Below, piece after piece: positions 44,555-57,335 of a stretch of DNA of 64,000 bases. The position numbers were made by a program, and so were the translations under genes. The DNA lies in the NCBI GenBank assembly GCA_002269645.1, contig NIVC01000184.1, positions 310,001 through 374,000 of the forward strand. The letters run 5' to 3'. The notes under the pieces were generated by a model. The model made no database searches. It saw only the letters and a program-made list of their open reading frames with translations, and was not told the DNA's origin. The stretch's first letter is position 1; each line of letters opens with the position of its first letter. The DNA is from Macrostomum lignano. Taxonomy: Eukaryota.

Positions 44555-45543
44555 AACTGGCTGCTGAGTTGCTTGGAGACTCGCTGAGAACAGAGCTACT
44601 TGCTGCACTGGTTGCTGGGTGGGTAGCGAGACTGCTGCTGCTGCTGTGCTTGGCAAGGTTCCAAATCGAGAAGCGGCTGCTGCTAGAGGGCGTAAAAAAG
44701 AGAGCTGCGGGTGTAAAAAATAACGTGTTTTATTTTTACCTGCGACTTTTGTGCCAGTTCTGTGTACCACAGACTAAAGTGCTGACTTCGAATTCGTGAA
44801 ACCTATCTGACCTAGATCATGGATAAATAATATTACTGGAACGCCAGGGGGTGTTGCATAAAATTGATTAGTCGCAAGTTACAAGCTACAAGCTTGACAA
44901 GTGAATAGTGAATGGAGACTTGTGTTGCATAGAGACTTGACTAGTTACAAGTAGGCGATAAGCTACAAGTGAATAGTGAATAGTCGCGCTACAAGCGGTT
45001 TGTTGCATAGAATCTAATGTTGACTAGTGTCATAGTAAATTCGAGTGTGACAAGTTGAGTAAACCACGAGCTATTTAAGCTTGTAATCGGTTGAAAGCAT
45101 ATCGCATCCATTGAGCGAAAATATTCTACGAGTCAGATTCCGAAGATTCCGATGCAGATGAGCCAATTAAGCGTCCCCGAACATTCAAGGAAAGGATAAA
45201 TTTCGACTTTTATGTTGACTACAATGATCATCAGCCGAGGTTTCGCTTGCACGAGGAACATGTCGACGAATTGTTTCATCTGATTGGCGAGCGTCTGCAG
45301 CAGTCGCTCTTGTACTCTCGTACTAGACCAAGCAGGAGCTTGTTTTCGTTTGTTAAAGGCATTATAATAACACTAACTAACCCTGTGTGTGGGATGACAA
45401 CGATGGCTTCTTATCTAACTTATCATTTGACTTATCTGGTCAAGTTCTACGAGCTCGTACAATATAGACCCCAAAAATTTTGCTTGCCCAGTGAATGTCT
45501 ATGGTCAATCGTGCGCACAAGCTTGTAGCTTGTAGAAAACCTA

Positions 45544-47446
45544 CACCTTTTTGCATTTAATTTCAACCAAAGTCGCATTCAATTTCTGCAAGCTGGCATT
45601 CAAAATCGGCAATCTAAATTCAGCCAACCAAATCTTCATTCAATTTAAGCATGCTCGCATTCCATTTTAGCGAACCACATTCAATTTCGGCAATCTGTAT
45701 TTAATTTAATTTTGTCTCAAACTTGTCTGCTCGTCATGGATAAGCCTCATGGATAAACTTTATTGACGCGTGTAGATTTTGCACTCAATCTCGGCAATCT
45801 GCTTTCAAATTCAGCAAAATTTTATTAACTAAACGTAAAACGAAACAAGTGTCGTCCAATACATGTACAGTGCTATAAGGAACAGAAGCAGAAATCGAAG
45901 TCACGTCAAGTGTGGCCCTTCAGTCCCCATTGATGTGCATCCTGGCCAGGCATCTCGGTACAAAGCTGAAGCAGTGATTGTACCACTGGATACACTTGCC
46001 CTGAGTGACGCTCTCGTTCACTGTTAGATCGGCGAAGCGCATCAGCTCGTCCCTTCGATATTCAGCCAGTGTACGCCCAGCGTGAGCTTCGTCGGATGGA
46101 TTGATGAAAACTTCGCGGCTGTCACTGAGTTCGCTTTTAATGGCCGCCTTCCATGCGGAGATGGCGCTCTCAACGGGTGTTAAAAATGGGCTGTATCTAG
46201 GGAGTCGACGGAACTTAGCCAGTCCTACAACCTCTTGTAGTTCAGCGTCATTATGGCTGCTGACATTTATCAAAAAACAGGTATGCAAGTTGGTGCGGCC
46301 AGGCCATTTGAGAGTTACCAATCACAACTTGCAGAAATTCGGCGAATCTCTCCTTTGTCATGCCGCGACTGTACGCTTGATAGTGGATCAGACCAATCTG
46401 AGGAGAAACGGCGACGCAGATGGTGATGCGAGTGCCCTTTTGGCCGGAAACGGTTCTGTAGGCCCGTTGACCGCAGAGCGACATTCCCTGTTGACGTCGC
46501 ATCCAGGTGTCGAATCCGAATTCATCGATGAACACCTTGGGAGCATTGATAACATCGACCGAGCACCACTAGTTACAATTAGCTTCACGCTCTGCTAGGA
46601 CTGCCGGGGAATTGCGTTCTGCGGGCACGTCTTGAACAAGTTTGATAGTGTACGCATGGCCCTCCAGTTGTCGGCTTAGTGTAGTCATCGAAACAGCTGT
46701 TTTGTCCGGAAATCTTATGCGCAATCGATCATTGATTCCTTTTAGCGTCAGAACAGGATTGTTTTCCAGTAGTTCAGTACAATGCTGCAGCATCTCCTCA
46801 TCGAACTTTGAGTACCGCCTTCCGCCCTTACGTCGTTTATATCGGCGGCCTGATCGAACTATTGAATAGGCGGTGGCTCTCTTGATGTTCATGAGCTCTG
46901 CAAGTTGTAAATAGTCCTGCCCTGTCTCGTGGGCATCGATAAGGCGGGCTCTATCTCCGTCAGAAACTCGTGCGTATGGTCCTCGACCTTCTTCTTCTGA
47001 CTCAATGTCTTCGTCACCTTGTTCTTCAATGATCTCATCGTCTCATATCTATGCTCGATTTCTACACTTGCAGTTGAAAAAAACAGAAAGCTGGGGATGA
47101 ATTGAGATGAAAGGATTAACAAAGCCTCTTTGGATGTAAACTGTACATGGAACCGAACATTCGTCTGTGGTTGCAATCCAATGTGTTTTGCTGAATTTGA
47201 AAATTGTCGAAATTGAGTGCAAAATCTGCACGCGTCAATAAAGTTTACCCATAGACGAGCAGACAAGTTTGAGACAAAATTAAATTAAATACAGGTTGCC
47301 GAAATTGAATGTGGTTCGCTAAAATGGAATGCGAGCATGCTTAAATTGAATGAAGATTTGGTTGGCTAAATTTAGATTGCCGATTTTGAATGCCAGCTTG
47401 CTGAAATTGAATGCGACTTTGGTTGAAATTGAATGCAAAAAAGGTG
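45544..47446 (-). mobile_element. IS630/Tc1-like transposon with about 250-bp TIRs, nested in the Harbinger element
   Basis: 45544-45800 is the reverse complement of about 47200-47446; TA TSD on both sides. Confidence 0.9.
45920..47046 (-). pseudogene. IS630-like transposase (one stop, frameshifts)
   Basis: HTH; VFIDEFGF; FDNVSSH after correcting a +1 insertion; LPRYSPFLTPVE. Confidence 0.85.
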
Positions 47447-48399
47447 TACAAGTGCGTGTGTGCAACGAAAATCACATACACTTGTAGCTTGTCACTATTC
47501 AGCTTGTTACTTGTCGCATCACACTAATCAATTCTATGCAACACCCCCATGAAGCTCGATTTTTTCGGTTTAATTCATTGACAAGTACCAGCTTGAACGG
47601 TTGGATTGCTTGAAGCTCAAAATTTTGACTTTCTAAAAATAAACGTGACAAAGTTGAATGCGCGCTTTCACTGTTATGTCTTTGAGCTTGTCGAAGCTAA
47701 GTCACTTAATTTCTAAAGTTAAGATTAAAATGGTATATTGGTACAGTGGGTGAAATTTGTCAACACAAACATGACTGATGGGATGAGGAAAAACTTCAAA
47801 TTCGACGAAATAAGTGAACTGTGTCCCTACAGCCAGCTTGTATCCGTCTCTCTCGTCTCTCTTTACCATTAGCGCTATAATTTGCTTTGCGTTGCAATGC
47901 TTTATCAATCAATACAAACTTTATCAATTCGACTAGCGTTGTACACGCTCAAGACAACATACACGCTGATGAATTTCACTCTTCTCTACCTAAAACACAA
48001 GCTTTTTAACCCTATAGTAGCACACCCTAACCCTATTATTGTGCATGCATGACGAAATCCAAGTTAAAAAGGTATAGCTAGAAATGTTTCAGTAGCGTTA
48101 GAATTGAAACTTTTTACTGTAACAGGATCCCGGCAGGGGTTCAATACTAAAAATTCGCTTTCTACTTTGAGAAAGAAATCAAAACCGATTTTAAAAAATT
48201 TTCCAGTACACAAAAAGGAATAGATTTTGGGTTATTTAATTATTTATTTCAATAAAATAACTGTTGCAAAAAAGTCGAAAGGAAAAACTTCATTAAAATC
48301 TGTTAACTAAAGACACACGATAAAAATGAATACGGAGATGAAAAATGAAAAAAAACCGGTTGAGTGACTGCTTCTCAAATGCATTTCTGTGGGATTAAT

Positions 48400-51300
48400 T
48401 TAATCAGCCACGGTCATAGTCCACCCGATTTCGGCTACAGCTTCGCAGATTCGATCAAACAGCCACTGCCTGGTGCAACACTCATTGATGCCGTTCAGTG
48501 CCACAACCAGTTTGTCGCACACATCCGCCGAGATGCCCAAAAGAAACTGGTGTCGTATCTGTGCGCAACTGTTATTACGGCATGAAACACTGACCAAGCT
48601 GCTGCTGTTGCTAAGGCTTAGCAAAGCTAGCTCGCCTAGTGATTGATGCTCCATTAGAAGTTTAGGACGATGGAGTACAGTTGAGCATAGAAGCTCAGGC
48701 GGAGCTGTTAGCAGAACTGAGTTGCTGGCAGATGACTGAAAAGTTGTGAAGTCAGTTACTTAGTTTTATTTTGCAGGGGGTAGTCGAAGGCGACAGTCAA
48801 CCCGCAGCCAGGCAAGCAGTCATGCCCATTCCACTGGCCCTCAGCATGCACACCGATACCCGATGAAAACGATACCTAGGCAAGAAGCGTCCCAGTCCCG
48901 TATAAAACGGAATGGTCATAAAAAGGTTTATGAAGCGTTTTTGAAGCTTTCATGGTTTCCTGTTACCATTTTGATCGTAGTTTTGTTCAGTTTCACCCTG
49001 TTACCATTCACTGGCGTATTTGTGACCGTTTTGTTCAGCGTCACCTTCTTGTCGTTCACATCAACCGTAATTTTTGACCGTTTTGTTCAGGGTCCCTTGT
49101 TGCCTGCCGTTCACTGTGGCCGTATTTTGTGACCGCTTTGTAACTATATTTTGTGATTATACATCCTACCAGCTCTTGTCGTTTCAATTGAGAATTAATA
49201 GACTGCCAAGACTTCGTTATTTCGGAATGTGGCGCTACGCAAATGTTTGTTGCCAACGTTGTCTGAATTTATATATAGTGTGAAAAGACCTATAGATTTA
49301 AGACAGTACAATATTTTAGGTGTAGAACACATTTTGTTTGAATTCAGCATATAACCCAGTGGAAAAAATAGTTGGCGCGACGGCTGGGCGGCGTCGCCCC
49401 ATAAGGAAAAAGATATAAAATTCGGCAAATATATAGACAGAATTTTGGTCATTTTTAAGATTAGAGCTCTTTTTCATTATCTATCTGATATCTGGATTTT
49501 ACGCGTCACGCGTCGTATTAACTTCTGATACAATTAACGGTCACACAACGTACACACAAGGTCATTAAGTGGTCACAAATTGCGGTCACAGTGAAACGTA
49601 ACATGTGACCCTGGCTTATTTGCATGAACATGAATGGCCCCATTAAATGGTCACCAGCGTTACGAACCACGATCACAAGTGGGACGGTCATTCTTTTTGA
49701 AATCATTTCGTCTTTTACGGGAGAGTCACTTGCGTCGCCTCAAAGTCGTTTCAGAGTCGTAGCAGGTAATACAGGTAAAATAAAGAAACTACTCTTAGAC
49801 GTTTTAAAACGACGAGATGTCACGGTTAAAGTCGCCAAAAAGTCTATTAGAGGCTTTCGTAGTCTGCGACTACGAAACGACGCTGGGACGACACGAGTGA
49901 CATCGGGCCCGCAGAGTCGTACGTGAGGCGTGCCAGAATCGCTGTAAGTGTTAAGTCACTGAGTTGCGTCTAAAGCGCATCTGCGCCACTTCAGGAATTA
50001 AAATCGCATTTCGAATTTACAATGACAACACGGCGACTCTTGGACTTTTTCGCGACTCTGACGATTCTACAACAACATCTGCATTACAGTCGCTTGCATT
50101 GTTTAAAGGTCAACAAGATTTGCTCCAGAGCCGCTAGAGTCACTAGTGAGTTGTTTGCAATGACTCTTTGGCGATTCTTGTCACGGTAACGTTTTGGATA
50201 CGCGCGCAGGCGCACACGCTCACACAGGGGTACAGCGGACATGACTTTCTAACCATCGGGTAAGTACACTATGCGCCTTGGAGCTTGGCCCTCACAGGCG
50301 AAAATCGAGAGACAATTTTTTCGAACCCATTTTAGCATAGACGAGCTCAAAGTTAATGTGCCTGCGCGTGTAAAGGCAAACCTGTTCAAATGTATCATTT
50401 CCATGGTACCGGTCGGCCGTAGCAATCTTAGAATCGGCTTGCCCCGCAGTTGGCAAGGACCGTATTAACACGCAGTTGATCTGGTGAGAGCGAATTATCA
50501 CCTGCTCCTGCTCCCGCTGTTGGAATGGAAATTTAGGGTTTAGCAATACAGCCTCAATCAGGTGGTGAATTACCTTTCATATAGATAATAATAAATGCAC
50601 ACTAACTGTAAACTACAAAATATTTTGCAACTCAGTTCAATCTCAGTTTTGTGGAATAATAATAATAATAATAATAATTGATTACAGCTGCCCTAATTAG
50701 GCCAGATGTGCAACCGACAGCTAAGCCGCAGCTATTGCGCGCGCATCTTAAGACTGCGTACGGCTGTTCAGTCCAAGGACTGGGAGGTCGCCACACACTC
50801 AGTTACCCAAGCTAATGCTGGCACCCATTTTACAACTGGGTGAACTGAAGCAATGCAGAGTTGTGTCTTGCTCAAGGACACAAATTGTTACAGAGATCGG
50901 GAATCGAACCCCTGACCTTCAAGTCGTGAGTCCGACGTTCTAACCACTAGGCTACGGCCCCCTATGTGGAATACAGCATTTATAAGAACTTGCATAACAA
51001 ACATAACTGAATACAGAAATACAGAGTCTAATACAATTCAATGCTAGTGACACTTAACTTGTCTGTGACATTTGACTGCCACAACCAAAAATTAACTGCC
51101 AACCCTAATAACCCTAACAAAAATCGTTGGCAACATTAATTGAACTCACAGATGGCGACTGAGAGCAAGCAGCCAGCAGTGGGCTAGCAGTTTGCTGCTG
51201 ATGCTGCTGTTGCTGAAACAGCGCATTTTCTAAACGACCAACAGCTGCCGAGATTCTCACGGCCAAACTGTCGGCCCGACCAGCAGCTTCAGTGAGGTCG

Positions 51301-52175
51301 CGAGCTCGAGCTCTTAAATCGGAATTATCCCGTCGTAGAGCAGCAACATCGACTTGGCTGGCAAGGAATCTGGCTGCCGGGACATCTGAACAGTCCAATT
51401 GATTGTGTCTGCCCCAGCAGAAGAGGAACACGCATCTGTAGTTAAGAAGACACGTGTCATCTTTACTCGTCTTATTTTCGAAATCTCAAAAATCAATTCT
51501 TTACCCACTCTAATATTTACATTACTGAGCCACTCTGACCCACAAAAGTTGCAGAAGTTTGCAGACTCCAAGGAGCTCAATGATTATAATATTGATAGAT
51601 ACTTTAAGTAGATTATTAATTCAAGACGGAATTCAAATTTTCGAATTTTCGAAGTCCCAGTTAATTAACACCTGGATTTTCGAGTCAAGACTCAAGAGTC
51701 AAAAGTTTTTTTTATTCGAACAAAACATTCACCTTCCGCAGACAATAGCCGATCCGGGCAACAGGTCGCAGCCATCCAGAGTAACCTCAACGCCATTTAC
51801 ATATAAATCGTCCGCGTTATCCTCAACTGATAAAGATGGCGTAGTAGTTTCGCCGCATGCGCTCAACTGTTGGTCAATAATAGGCTCAGCTGTAACCCTG
51901 CCATTGTTGGCATCATAGACTACAGCAAAAAGCGACCGCTGCTGATCATTGGTTCCTGTTGGCGATTCCACAACTGTCCGGCCAGGCTGGAGGCCAAGCA
52001 CTGCCAGGCCCGGCGTCTCAGTGCCATCCTCCAATCTGAGCAGATGCGGCCCGCGAGCCAACAAGCTAACGGACTGTCGGCATAGGCCCTCCCGGCTATT
52101 GCTTCGACGCCTCTTAATGCAAAGACTGGGCAGCGCCGATAAAAGGCGAAGATCTGCGCAGCTGCGCCACTGCGC
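48400..52175 (-). CDS. Divergent FHA-like / coiled-coil / PH-like protein (PHLDB-like architecture)
   Basis: Exons 52175-51733, 51435-51150 and 48735-48400 splice in frame (phases 2 and 0) to about 354 aa. PHLLRL...LQPGRTVV...LYVNGVEV...LLPGSAIVCGRCVFLF; heptad segment VAALRRDNSDLRARARDL; FLLGIS...RQWLFDRICEAV. No ATG found. Confidence 0.5.
50195..50297 (-). mobile_element. SINE family 2 internal fragment
   Basis: GCAGGCGCACACGCTCACACAGG...GCGCCTTGGAGCTTGGCCCTCA resembles about 8890-8985. Confidence 0.55.
50750..50962 (-). mobile_element. SINE family 1
   Basis: Colinear with 6597-6820. Confidence 0.82.
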
Positions 52176-55100
52176 CTGCAATTACATGTAGAGATATGTT
52201 ACCCAATGAAAATGGTACCTAAGCCAAGAAGCGGCTCAGAGTCACCTGCTTCTTCCCGGAGTTCTTCCAGATTTGTTTCAGTTAAAACAGGTAAAATAGA
52301 AAAGAAGTGACTCTAGACGACTCTAACATGTCGCCAAAAAGTCGTCAAAGAGTTGCCCAAGAGTCAAGTTGAGGCGTTTCATTGTCTGCGCCTCATTTTT
52401 TAATCAAGTGACATGATATATTATGCTTTAATTCCCTATATGCTGAATGTGCCTCCCATCCGACCCTTGAAGTGTTTTGCCTAACCCCCATTGTTTGTGA
52501 GTCACTGTTGCACTTGCGTGCTCTACACCCACCAATGCCTCAGCTCTTTGTTGTAGACCCCACCTGACCCTTGGTTTCTCAGTCGCCCATTGTGTTTGTG
52601 CCCCACCCCTCTGGCGCCTGTGTAAGCCTCCCGTGCCTGATTGGCGGAGGCTCGAGCAATGTGTCCCCCCTATTTGTATTGTAGTGCTGTCAACTCCTTC
52701 CCAGCCCTTTTTGCGATGTATCTCCCAGCGCTGGCTCAGCCAGTTGACGTGCTCTCTGATTGGCTGCAGTCTGCCCTGGCCTGCCTATTTATGCGAGGCC
52801 TCTGCAGCTGCAATTATGTAATATGCAATAAGATGACCTTATTACACCAAAGCTGACCCGATGACCAGGCTGGACTGTTGCTATTCAGCGAGCAATACAA
52901 TACTGCCCCCAAAATATACCAAAGTCGACCAAGCCAGGCCTTGGCTTTTCAGTGAGCACATTATGAACAGTCCTACTGCTTTGTCTCTTCGGGATTTGCT
53001 TGCCTATGGCTTAGTCAAGATTAGGAGTATTGTACTCGTACTCCGATTCCGCCCCAACCAGCTAAGTGTACCACTTAGCTAGAGGCCATCATGCATTGTG
53101 CACTCCAGCAGCCTGATCTCAGCCGACTCTGCATCGTACACAAGTATGTTGAATGACCACAGTGTTAAAAGGTCAGTACACGATCGGGGTCAGACAGGGA
53201 GCCTTTGGATTCTTCCCCCAGTTCATTAAACATATTGGAATAAATTTTAAGAACTTGTTGGAAATGCACTATGGTAATCCTAAAGTGGCATGGACAGTGC
53301 TATCATAGCAATCTTCAAAATCCCAAGGCAATGTGGATTATGCATCATGGCAACTTTCAAATCTAAGCTATCAGAGATCTAGCTATTGAAGCATATGACT
53401 TTAGTCACTAAAATATTTGTATATAATGAAAACATATTGACATAGATAACATCTGTGTAAAATCTTTTATTTAAAAAAACCTTAATCATTCATTATTAAA
53501 TTTAAATGATGCCAACCTCAAAAGAAATTGAACTAGAAATTATGCTAACTATATATTGTCATAAAGATACAGATGTTGCATAGGATTGAGACCCTTAAAT
53601 TCTGCACTATTGTCAACTAAAATAGCAACACATTCGTTGAGACCTTTAGAAGCAGTCAAATAGTCAGCACCATCACAGAAAATATCATAAATGTCAAGAG
53701 GAGCTGATTATACCAGCAATTCAAACTCTACTATGAAGCCAAAAAATGTCATAGTTGGATGACAACTAAGAAAACATCAGGTAGGAAAGACTGCATCTAG
53801 TGGCAGCCAAGCATATTTGCCACAACTTGGTAAGAATTGGAATAGATGCAGACTCAATCAATGGAGTGACCCATCTTGCAATGCTCAGTGTCCACTAAAG
53901 CTATAAGGCTGCCAAACACTTAAGGTACAAGTTACACTGTAAATCAAAAGTGGACACAAGTCACGCAATAGTGGCTAGTTGTAAAGTGGCCAGTTGTAAG
54001 TTAGAAAAAACTGAAAAAAAAATATTCAATCCATAATGCGGCGTAAACATAACTGTCTATGTAACAATATTTTTTCATTAAAAGTTGTTGGAATGTTGTC
54101 TATGGGACATTTTCTTCATATGCATGTCACAGTAGCCAGTTGTAAAAATGTCCTAATTGCTCAGTGTTTTAATTTATTTAGTCAAGCTAAATTGTGTTGT
54201 ACAGATCTAGAATTTTGATAATCTATGAAAGCTATTAAAAGTGACTTAAAAATATAACTTTATGTCAAAAATAAGTTTCATTTTTTGTCTTATGCACTAA
54301 TATAAACGCATCTCTTTACTGACTTCTGTTTAAATTATTTTATGTTGAACTGTCCAAAATGCATGTATGCAATCCAAACATATAGCTAATAATAGTCACA
54401 GAGAATGTTATGTAATTCTATCTTCAAGTTTGAAGTCAATGACAAATTTATATTTTCTTAAAAAATGCTAAACACAGTTGTTACTGCAGAAATAATCACA
54501 AAGCTCTTGTTTCAGTCAACCCATAGCTTTGCTTACATTACAAATGACTTCTATTTGCATTGATTTATCTAGACCTATTTAGGGGGGGGGGGGGCTATGT
54601 GCACTACTCACAAGTGCACCCGCACCAACAAGCCAGACTACAGTCCAATTGTAAGAACATCTAAGGCAGCTATATTAAAGCATATTATACAATTTCATTC
54701 TAATACAAATTCTCAAATAACTATGGCAGAATCAAATGAGGCAGATTTAGAATATAGGCCTAACTTTTCAAATGAGATAATTTTTGTAAGTAGTGATCCT
54801 ATTTATGAGGTTATTGATAATCCAGATAGTTTTGCTGTTGAAGAACATCAATCTAACATTACCAAATCCAGCTTAGACTCAGAGGATGACCTAGTATCTA
54901 CTTAAAATTCTAGGCCTATTAAAATAAATAGATCTATTTCCATTAAGTCAGCTTCGGAGTTAAAAGAATATTTAAAAGAGAAGTAGCACTTGCTTTAGTA
55001 AAACATTTTCTTTATACTAAAGACTATTTTAATATTCCAAGCAGCATTTCTAGGTCTCTAACTTTAGAAGTAAAAGAGATTATTTCAGAATTTAGTAAAT

Positions 55101-55249
55101 CATATAATTCTATTGTTTGCCAATTTTTAGAAGAAAAAAAACTTTTGCAAAATGACATTGTCAATTTGAAAGTTTTTGCAACTTCAAGCTTTTTTATGTA
55201 TGTTTTGATATATTGTTACGTGAAACAAAACTATTAAGTTATATTAAAT

Positions 55250-55560
55250 GAAATTTTCCTTTTGTTGAGCCAATTGAAACTACATTAAGCAATAACCATG
55301 ATATTAAAAGTAATTTATGTTCCTGTAGGTGAAAGCATTGAGTCTATTTTGCAAAATGCAGATTTTCAACATTCATTTCTAAATGGAAAATTAAAAGATA
55401 AGTCACCTTTTTTGATAGTTCTTCTTTTCATAGTCTAAATATTGCTCCATAGGTTGAAGATAATACTAATAATGTTGTTTATATTGCATTGTATACTGAT
55501 GAGTTTGAAGTAGCAAATCCTATAGGAAAGTCACAATGTAAGCACAAGATCTGAATGCAA
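55250..55560 (+). pseudogene. Degenerate CMC/EnSpm transposase remnant
   Basis: PFVEPIE, YVPVGESIESILQN and IALYTDEFEVANPIGKSQCKHKI, across frameshifts in AT-rich DNA. Confidence 0.7.
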
Positions 55561-56286
55561 CTTAGTTTTAACAAAAATGCGACAGTTTTTGGCCAAAAAT
55601 GCAACTTACATGTAAAAGATACTCTAAAGCAAAATTAACGCAACTTTGGGTAAACAGCGGGAGTAACTATGACAGTCTTATTAACGCAAAATGCCTCGTC
55701 ATCTACTTAGTACTACTTGTTATAAATATAGGTGGCCATTTTTGCGACTTACCTTGGTTGGCTGCCAAATCAGTTGGCCGAATCGGCCGACTGTTGCGCA
55801 TGTATGCTCCCAGCAAGGATATCTAGGAAAATAGGTAGATGCTAAAGCTTCTACATTGGATCAAACACAGTAATTTCAGATGTGAGTTGGCAATAAAAGA
55901 CAAAGTATGATGGCAAGAATATAGACTTGTACTTTTTGCACAATACAAGCCATTTCCCCCTAATGCATATTTTTCAGATATATATGCTATAGTTAGATAA
56001 TAATTATGATCCAAATCTTTACACTTATTTAGAAGACTAACCATGTAGTTTATAGTTGTCTGTACCTTGCCTGTCTGTACAGGCAGGCCACAAGTGTAGG
56101 ATAGTCTTCAGAAAAGCCAATGAGCGAGCCCGTAAGAAATTTGCTAAACCCTCTCTCGTGCAAACACGAAGATGTGGTCCAGTTTCCAGATATATATAAC
56201 TGAACCCCCTGCGGCTTCATAGACCCGTCAATCACACCTCGCCTAGCTGAGAGCAATCATTCGTAAACAATTATCAGATATAAGTC

Positions 56287-57335
56287 ATGGAGGACGACAA
56301 CTTAGACAATTTTATCAGAGATTTGTTAGGCCTAGATGAGCCAATAGAAGACGACTTGGCAGATCTGCAGCCAGCCACTGCGCCAGCTGAACCAGCCGCT
56401 GAACAAGCTGCCGAGCCAATCGCCGAACAGCAGCAAGAAGCTGCTCCGGCCGAACGACAGCCAGAGGCTCGACCAGCAGCTTGGTCTGCATTGCCACTGG
56501 CAGAATCACAGCCAGCACCATCGGCAGCTTGGCTTGCAGCTCCATCAGCGGCAGGTCAGCCAGCGGAAGAGGATGCACCGCTGAGGTAGCCAACAAGACC
56601 AAAAGCCGTGCTAGGCACGAGCAAGCGGCCATCAGCATCCAACCAACCAGCAGAGTCAATACCAGCAAAGTGGGCTGCGATTCTCGAGGCTCAGGCCAAA
56701 GCTCCAGTAAAATTGGTGGTCGTGAGGCCATGCGGTGAAGAGGGACGGCATGCTCTACAGCTTGCAGCACTGCCGCCTTGGCAGTCGATGCCACGGCAGC
56801 GGCAGCCACGACAGCCAGCGCCTCCAAGACAGCAGCAGCCGCCGCGACAGCCAGCGCCTCCAAGGCAGCAGCAGCCACTGCGACAGCCAGCGCCTCCAAG
56901 GCAGCAGCAGCCACTGCGACAGCCAGCGCCCCTGAGACAACAGCAGGCTCCACAGCCAACGCATCAGCCGTCACTATTACGCCAACTGCTGCAGCCTATG
57001 CCTCAGCCGCCTCAACATCAGCCCAAACGGAACTGTCATGAGGCTGCGTTGAATCTTCTCGCTATGCACGGCGTCCTACTGGAGAGAGTGGTGCACAGTG
57101 TGAGAACGTATCTTAGCAGGATAGCTCATCTTTGCCTCGACCAGGCGCTGCTGCAGCGCGCCTACCTGTGGCTGAGCCTGTGGCATCTGCGGGCTTGCTT
57201 GTCGAGGGAAGAGGCATCGACATCGACACCAGCCGCCAGTTTCAGTGCCAACTCGGTAACATCAAGCTGCGCTGGATTTTTGCGCAAATGGGCTGGCTAG
57301 AATATCGGGACTTGCCACGTAATTGCCGCTTCTAA
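56287..57335 (+). other. GC-rich Ala/Pro/Gln low-complexity ORF chain of unknown origin
   Basis: ATG ORF 56287-56589, followed by about four 33-bp repeats (56790-56930). No recognisable domain. Confidence 0.3.

Larger units (their letters stand above)
18581..44704 (-). pseudogene. DPP3: Dipeptidyl peptidase III, copy B (six exons; 1-bp frameshift in exon 4, or an assembly error)
   Basis: Exons 44554-44184 (extension from 44704), 43920-43659, 31885-31587, 22301-21927 (375 nt vs 376 in A), 21491-21072 and 19012-18581. Splice phases match copy A. Confidence 0.9.
44847..47548 (+). mobile_element. PIF/Harbinger-like defective element
   Basis: TIR GGGGGTGTTGCATA. Transposase N-terminal remnant KRPRTFKERINF...RFRLHEEHVDELFHLIGERL at about 45115-45305. 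TSD not clearly preserved. Confidence 0.65.

Noticed and set aside
31541-44770. A third DPP3 copy
   Set aside because: The exons at 44.2-44.6, 43.7-43.9 and 31.6-31.9 kb supply exactly exons 1-3 missing from the set at 18.6-22.3 kb, so they form one gene.
52860-55000. Short ORFs in AT-rich sequence, also 57400-64000
   Set aside because: No motifs, splice-phase chains or codon bias that I could support; treated as degenerate repeat or intergenic DNA.
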